Assembly (NCBI GenBank): GCA_963676835.2
Contig: CAXXFF010000004.1
Coordinates: forward strand, 517,377-581,376
Direction of reading: 5' to 3'
DNA: 64,000 bases
DNA from: Marispirochaeta sp.
GTDB lineage: Bacteria; Spirochaetota; Spirochaetia; JC444; Marispirochaetaceae
Shown here: positions 58,358 to 64,000 of the stretch, one piece after another
How positions within the stretch are numbered: the stretch's first letter is position 1
Layout: each line of letters opens with the position of its first letter
Translations under genes and position numbers: made by a program
Notes under the pieces: generated by a model
Databases searched by the model: none
The model's input: the letters and a program-made list of their open reading frames with translations, nothing else
Told to the model about the DNA's origin: nothing

Positions 58358-59512
58358 TTATTTCCCACTATCACTCTCAAGCATATTTTCCTCAAGATAG
58401 TCCACGACATTTGACCACATATAATTTTCAAGAATATGTTTCCTAGCAGCATCACCCATAGCTTGAGCGATATCAGGCTTCCTGTGTAATTCAATTATCG
58501 TATGTGCTAATTGATCAACATCAGGCTCCAAAAGAGAGAATCCTGATTCCGCAGGGAAAATTTTATCACGCCCCTGGCCTGACAATAAAATGCAAGGGAG
58601 CCCCCATAGACCTGCTTCCATATATACAATTCCTGTAGACTCCCAATGTGATGGCATACAAAAAACTGTCGCCTTCCGATAACAAGCTGTCAATATATCC
58701 TTTCCCGATTTGGTACTAGTATCAATATACCCTACAATTTCAATACCATCTGCATCCATAATAGGAGGAGTACATCCAACTATCGTCAATTTAGCGTTAT
58801 TATTATATTTTTTTATTTCTTCAAATGCACTTAAAAGAAGCGGGCCACCTTTTCTTTCCCAGTCCTTGCCAACAAACAGAATATTCAACTCATCCCATTT
58901 TCTATTTACAAGGCCAGGATCATCGACACCCACACCAGGCGGATAGATAACCACCTTAGAGGGATCTATTCCTGTCTCATACAAGGTTTGTGCAGTCCAT
59001 TCCGTATTGGTCCAAATTTTAGTGCAACGCTGTAAAAATCTTAGCTCCCCTTCAATAGCTTCAAATTTATGTCTCTTGCTATGCCCCGAAAATCCATATG
59101 CAGGACCAAAGATGGGGGAATCCATCGCTGCACTCACTGAAATTTCGACATGAGCATAAAGTTTTTTATCCGAAGGAGGCAATGCTCCAACACCAATCTG
59201 AAAAACTGATTCATAATGGGGATATTTTCTCAGATATTTAGCCAATCGGTGTGTTAACGAATTCATACCAACAGGTCGATAACGCCACAATGAATCTTTT
59301 CTAGGCGATAGATTCTTTAACGAACGACGCCAATCTACAATAGAGCTAAAAATATCAACTGGTTTTACTATAAAACTATTAACACGTCCTACTAACATGG
59401 AACGGTTTTCAAGTTCCTGAAAAAGGCGTACCGGAACGCCTGAGTAGGTCGATGTAGAATATGGATCTCCCAAAGAAGACCCGACTATAAACCTGTTGGT
59501 AGCTTTAGACAT
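58358..59512 (-). CDS. GT4 glycosyltransferase
   Basis: ILFVGKDWERKGG, FCMPSHWESTGIVYMEA. Confidence 0.88.
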   Translation of the reverse strand: MSKATNRFIVGSSLGDPYSTSTYSGVPVRLFQELENRSMLVGRVNSFIVKPVDIFSSIVDWRRSLKNLSPRKDSLWRYRPVGMNSLTHRLAKYLRKYPHYESVFQIGVGALPPSDKKLYAHVEISVSAAMDSPIFGPAYGFSGHSKRHKFEAIEGELRFLQRCTKIWTNTEWTAQTLYETGIDPSKVVIYPPGVGVDDPGLVNRKWDELNILFVGKDWERKGGPLLLSAFEEIKKYNNNAKLTIVGCTPPIMDADGIEIVGYIDTSTKSGKDILTACYRKATVFCMPSHWESTGIVYMEAGLWGLPCILLSGQGRDKIFPAESGFSLLEPDVDQLAHTIIELHRKPDIAQAMGDAARKHILENYMWSNVVDYLEENMLESDSGK

Positions 59513-59654
59513 TTATTAAGGCTCCTTACATTGATACTATTTTAAATTATTTGGTTTAACACTTTTTACATTATCATGGAATGCTTATTTCAAATTATTA
59601 ACGTACAAGTATGATAACGTTAGTTGAGAGTAATATAGTTAGACAAAAATACGT

Positions 59655-59691
59655 GATTTATCTAATCTCAATAATTAAGATTAGATAAATC
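59655..59691. repeat. Perfect 14-bp inverted repeat with 9-nt spacer
   Basis: GATTTATCTAATCT-caataatta-AGATTAGATAAATC in a ~400-bp AT-rich intergenic region. Confidence 0.75.
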
Positions 59692-59913
59692 GGTAAATAT
59701 ACATAGCGATTTACAAAATCACTGGTTCTGATAAATTATGACATCGAGAAGCGGGTGATTTTTAATATCAACTTTCATATAATCAATATACTAAACTATA
59801 ATATCCTTAAAGATTGCAGAACTTAAAAACTATAAAATAATTACACTATAGTCCTATTATTATATATTTAAAATTGTTGTTAACTTCATTTAAGAAAATT
59901 ATTGTTGATAAAA

Positions 59914-61464
59914 TTATGGTTGAGTATAATAGCTACTCCAATACTGGTCAAACATTGCTTCTCCCCAAGTTCCTCGTCCGTCTTGGTACCAAGATCGCCA
60001 ACCATCTCGTTCGTCAAGAGTCGGTCGAGTAGGAACTTCAGAATATCCAAGAGAAACAGCAAAAGGATCAGGATCACCATTTGCCATAGCCATATAACGA
60101 TGGACATAATCGAAGAATGCATCATGATTCCATAGTGATGCCCCAATAAGCATTCTTGCAGCTAATGCATATCCACCACCAAATGAAGCGCCATTAAGTA
60201 AACGATAAGGATGCCCCCAACTCCGATTATAGTTATATGGCAAATCCTCATCTTTGTTACCACCACCCCACTCAGGCATACCGATATTATCACTGAAGTA
60301 TGGATGGTATTCGCTCGCTCTAGGATCTGTCCTCCAACTGCCTGTTAATGTGGAAATAGACGGGTAATCAGAAACAAACTGAGACCAGGCACTAGGATAG
60401 TTTGCCTGTAATTCCGATTTCAACCATGATGACATACCACCTGTAGTACCATCCACAGTTTGCTGATTAACATAGAATGTCTGATCATCTTCTTGGATCC
60501 GCTCTGAAATAGAACCAAATCCTTTCATGTCATTATCATTCAACATTACACCAGCAAACAATACAGGGAGCTTCCTACCACTTTTGTGTCCTCCATCAGC
60601 AAGCCAAGGAAATGTACGATTATTTGCTACATAATCAGTATAAACTCCATATAAATCAATTCCTCGTTGAATCATATAAACCAGTAGCTGCTTTTTATCT
60701 GCCAATGAGTAATTGCAACTAAGTTTCAATGCAACTGCCCCCATCATAACGGAAAGATCTCTTCCATAATGATAACCATTATGATTGTTAGATAAAACAT
60801 CACCAAGCTTCCATCCAGGGAAATAGTCGATATAAGGTCTGGATATCATTTCCTCTAAGATTTCAAATGCAGGAGGCGAACCTACAGGAGTAAGATTTGG
60901 AAGTAACGAAGTCTCCACATCAAAAAAACTAAACTCAGAAGTCTTGTCAGTACCACAATAGGGAGGACGAAATGACATTGAAATAGGAGGAGTGGAGACA
61001 ATAGTGAGTACAGCAAATGTATCGATCAAAGCATAAGTCGACTCATCAAGATCTGAGATACAGGAAACGAGGGATCCCGAAGAGACGATCAAAGGATCAT
61101 CTTCCGTTACTCCCATTGCGACATTGTATGAATAATTATATGCGCCACCGCCGTCATCAAAACCTGAGACAGGCATACCTCCTGGAGGGTTTAACATCGA
61201 TCCGTTTATAATTCGACCAGATACAGATGTGGAATGTGGCGAAATACTTATAATCTCTACTGGCCCAACTACCCAGTAATCACCATTAATATATGTCCCA
61301 TACTCAACAGGCTCACTGAATGTCCAGGTAATTCCATACTGAGAAATTTCAGTTGTCTTAGAAGCAGTTATAACTTTAAGCCCTGAAAGCTTAGGTTGTG
61401 CAAATAATAAAATAGTACTAGAAAGTATTAGAAGACTGATAATGCCCAGGCATTTTTTTCTCAT
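59914..61464 (-). CDS. Secreted hypothetical protein, aromatic-rich
   Basis: GGAGG RBS, signal peptide, SQYGITWTF...NGDYWVVGP, GGHKSGRK, WNHDAFFDYVHRY. Confidence 0.7.
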   Translation of the reverse strand: MRKKCLGIISLLILSSTILLFAQPKLSGLKVITASKTTEISQYGITWTFSEPVEYGTYINGDYWVVGPVEIISISPHSTSVSGRIINGSMLNPPGGMPVSGFDDGGGAYNYSYNVAMGVTEDDPLIVSSGSLVSCISDLDESTYALIDTFAVLTIVSTPPISMSFRPPYCGTDKTSEFSFFDVETSLLPNLTPVGSPPAFEILEEMISRPYIDYFPGWKLGDVLSNNHNGYHYGRDLSVMMGAVALKLSCNYSLADKKQLLVYMIQRGIDLYGVYTDYVANNRTFPWLADGGHKSGRKLPVLFAGVMLNDNDMKGFGSISERIQEDDQTFYVNQQTVDGTTGGMSSWLKSELQANYPSAWSQFVSDYPSISTLTGSWRTDPRASEYHPYFSDNIGMPEWGGGNKDEDLPYNYNRSWGHPYRLLNGASFGGGYALAARMLIGASLWNHDAFFDYVHRYMAMANGDPDPFAVSLGYSEVPTRPTLDERDGWRSWYQDGRGTWGEAMFDQYWSSYYTQP

Positions 61465-61595
61465 TTTTCTCCTCCAAAAGTATTATCAGCCTTAAAGATA
61501 TACCGTTTTTTTAATATGACTGCAGAAAAACTGAAATTAGTATTAGAAACTAAACATCCTGCTTAACACCTGTAAGCAGTTATCAGGATTTCTGC

Positions 61596-62090
61596 CTACC
61601 GACTACTCTTGATACTTCCACTTATAAAGTCGCGAAGATGCCCGGTAAGAGAATCCGACGCGAATCTGGAAATACCCTTCCCATTGTCAGCATCCATTGC
61701 CGCATCCAGCAGTTCGGGCAGCTGGTGTTCATCCGATGCGACATACACTCCTGCATACTTCCCGAACTTTTCTGCCGTATGAACCTGATGATCATTTCTA
61801 TGCTCACCATATTTTTTAAGCCGGGGAAGAATAACCACCGGTTTCGCGAGTTCCAAGCCCTTAAGTATAGTACCCATACCAGCATGTCCAACAATAATAT
61901 CAGCCTGGTTTATATAGCCTTCAAACTGATCCGGACTGAGAAATTCTGAAGCGGTAAAACCTTCCGGAAGCAAACCTTCTGGACCAGACTGAAACACAAT
62001 ATCAGTTAACCCCTGTTTTCCAGCCCAGACTGCAACAGAGCGTATAAGTCTATCGAATGGCAGCTGCGTACCGACAGTAACAAAAATCAT
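61596..62090 (-). CDS. PssE/Cps14G-like glycosyltransferase (GT28 C-terminal/Alg13-like half)
   Basis: MIFVTVGTQLPFDRL, GHAGMGTI, PR...GEHRNDHQ. Confidence 0.9.
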   Translation of the reverse strand: MIFVTVGTQLPFDRLIRSVAVWAGKQGLTDIVFQSGPEGLLPEGFTASEFLSPDQFEGYINQADIIVGHAGMGTILKGLELAKPVVILPRLKKYGEHRNDHQVHTAEKFGKYAGVYVASDEHQLPELLDAAMDADNGKGISRFASDSLTGHLRDFISGSIKSSR

Positions 62091-62536
62091 ACCACAGCAC
62101 CCCGATAATCAGGGCCGCCGGATTGAGCCAGATCCTCCCACTGAGTGAGCCATTGATCGGCAAAGGGCCTAGCCAGCTTACCGGACATGGACAGCTTTTC
62201 AACATTAGCTATACTATCAAGCCACACAGTTCTCGCTCCGAGGACTTTTCCAAAAATAAGAGCAAATAATCCCGGGGCGGCTCCTGTGGTAATAACAACC
62301 CGCGGCCTGATTTTTAGAATAAGCCATAGAGACGCAAACATGCATTTGATCAACGATATTTTTGTCCATCTGTTGGCATCGGGGATAACAAAAAAGGGAT
62401 TATCACCAGTATCTATCTTTGACCCGGGATTAACCGTAGCATACACAACATTGAAGCCTTCCCAGGATTTCCTTAAGCGCAGAAGCTGTATCCAGTGCCC
62501 CCCGCCGGAAGAAACTGCTAAAACTTTATCTCTCAT
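62087..62536 (-). CDS. PssD/Cps14F-like glycosyltransferase (Alg14-like half)
   Basis: SSGGGHWIQL, RPRVVITTGAAPG, DSIAN, LTQW. Confidence 0.9.
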   Translation of the reverse strand: MRDKVLAVSSGGGHWIQLLRLRKSWEGFNVVYATVNPGSKIDTGDNPFFVIPDANRWTKISLIKCMFASLWLILKIRPRVVITTGAAPGLFALIFGKVLGARTVWLDSIANVEKLSMSGKLARPFADQWLTQWEDLAQSGGPDYRGAVV

Positions 62537-62550
62537 AGGATTTTTACCTT

Positions 62551-63393
62551 TTATTGTTCGATTATCCGGGACGAGTCATCCCGGGCCCACTTCTTTTTTC
62601 CCGACAGCTGATTAGCCCGGCCCTTAATCTTTGCCACAAGAGAGACGTAAATGTAAATCAGGGCATCGATGGGTGAAACCTTTTTCTGAAAAATCCGTCT
62701 CAGACTTAAAGATGGTGCGGCAGTTTCATTCTGAAAAAGTTCAGGAAATTTCTGCTTAAGCTCAAAAGTCCCTCCATGGGACCTGACTTTAATCTTGATC
62801 AAATTGGCCAGATTCCTCGGAGTTGTTACAACAACCTTGCTTTCCTTTACTGTTTTTCGTTCAGCAGGACTGTACTGCAGCCGGACAAAACCGTCATCGG
62901 CGGTTACATCAGGGAAGAGGCCGAATCTTTCTCTTCCCTCTTTTGTAAGCCCGTATGCACCGGCAATCCGCCCTGATTCAAAATAGGGCATCTGTTTCCA
63001 GACACGGTAATATGCTTTAACGGCAAAGCTTGCCCTGGAATCATCAAATACAAAATCGGGTGCAGCTGCCAGAATACCTTCCGATTCAAGTTCTTCAGCA
63101 ACCTTCACCATATCGCTGTAGGAAAAAATCAGGTCCGAATCCACATAAAAACGGGGGAATCCGGATACATAACTTTCCCCGATATTCAGAGAACTGACCT
63201 TGGAGGGGATATCCGATTCTATTACTGTAATAGGACCGGGAATACGACGGGCAACAGAAGCAGTATTGTCGGTGCACCCATTACACACAACAACCACCTC
63301 AATCTCACCATCCACGGATCCTTCGGTAATCGCTCTTAAAGATTTTTCAATGAAGGCTTCTTCATTATGAGCAGGCATAACCACAGAAATCAT
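62551..63393 (-). CDS. GT2 glycosyltransferase
   Basis: SVVMPAHNE, VVCNGCTDNT, YVDSD (DXD), ADDGFV; start placed at MISVV, directly after the upstream stop. Confidence 0.88.
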   Translation of the reverse strand: MISVVMPAHNEEAFIEKSLRAITEGSVDGEIEVVVVCNGCTDNTASVARRIPGPITVIESDIPSKVSSLNIGESYVSGFPRFYVDSDLIFSYSDMVKVAEELESEGILAAAPDFVFDDSRASFAVKAYYRVWKQMPYFESGRIAGAYGLTKEGRERFGLFPDVTADDGFVRLQYSPAERKTVKESKVVVTTPRNLANLIKIKVRSHGGTFELKQKFPELFQNETAAPSLSLRRIFQKKVSPIDALIYIYVSLVAKIKGRANQLSGKKKWARDDSSRIIEQ

Positions 63394-63394
63394 A

Positions 63395-64000
63395 TCAGGG
63401 CAACCCCCACTCTTTTCTTCGCTTCCAAACCGTTCTCCATGAATCAAAAGATGCATAGCTTGCTTTTTTCACCAGTGAAACACCCCCCAACGCAGTCATC
63501 CTGGAGAATGTCCACATTTTCAGCATGCATACCGCATACTTGGCTTTTAACCCTTTCCAGTGCTTTCTGAAGAGCTGAACCTTTGCAGTTAACAGGCGAA
63601 CCATTTTATCTGCCCGGACTTTTTCAGAAGCCCCGCCGTAATGTACTATTCCGGCTTCGGGAACCAGCACGCAGGCTTTCCCCATTGCCGCAGACCGAAG
63701 ACTGATATCAGCATCCTCGCCGTACATTTTAAACTGCAGATCAAACCCCTGAAGAGATTTCCAGTGATCGGTTTTCATCAGCATAAAACAGCCGGTAACA
63801 ATATCCACCTTCCGGGGTTTGTCCCAGGACCATGATGCCAGGGATTCCGGATTAAAGATTCCGGATTTCCTGAATATGGAACTTAAGCCGGATGCAGTAC
63901 ATAACAGGCTCCATACTGTTGCCATGTTCCATCCGGCAGTTGGATTTCTACTCATATCACCGAAATAATTTGAACCACCGTATATTCCCCATTCAGGATT
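63395..64000 (-). CDS. GT2 glycosyltransferase, partial (5' end outside the window)
   Basis: Frame is open to the window edge (NPEWGIYGGSN...); VDIVTGCFML, GFDLQFKMYGEDAD, HYGGAS. Confidence 0.85.
   Translation of the reverse strand, partial: NPEWGIYGGSNYFGDMSRNPTAGWNMATVWSLLCTASGLSSIFRKSGIFNPESLASWSWDKPRKVDIVTGCFMLMKTDHWKSLQGFDLQFKMYGEDADISLRSAAMGKACVLVPEAGIVHYGGASEKVRADKMVRLLTAKVQLFRKHWKGLKAKYAVCMLKMWTFSRMTALGGVSLVKKASYASFDSWRTVWKRRKEWGLP

Overview
The window looks like the chromosome of a free-living, roughly 50% GC bacterium, plausibly a Spirochaetales member; this is inferred from gene style and lipoproteins, not proven. Positions 1-27.2 kb hold mostly housekeeping genes: an acyl-CoA dehydratase activase fusion, a ClC channel, an MCP, RluA, pyk, zwf, acnA, fumC and galE. 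Between acnA and fumC lies a dense toxin-antitoxin island (DUF2281/PemK, HipBA, YefM-YoeB, an orphan MNT, antitoxin fragments), partly bracketed by two ~130-145 bp nested REP-like direct repeats. From ~27.4 kb to the end is a large, mostly minus-strand Wzx/Wzy-type surface-polysaccharide locus (GT2, PssD/PssE, several GT4, Wzy, Wzx, acyltransferases, Wzz/Wzc-like, Wza-like, SGNH-like lipoproteins). Embedded in it is a complete ~13.6 kb thiotemplate cluster: Sfp PPTase, C-A(Ser)-T NRPS, AsnB-type amidotransferase, free carrier protein, Cys-rich PP-loop ATPase, A(Gly)-T-KS-AT-ACP-TE(Cys) hybrid and an esterase. This cluster is the best candidate for an undescribed system: an NRPS/PKS line that may build an amidated or thioamidated aminoacyl-ketide substituent for a glycan, or a small metabolite. 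No rRNA, tRNA, CRISPR array or transposase was recognised.
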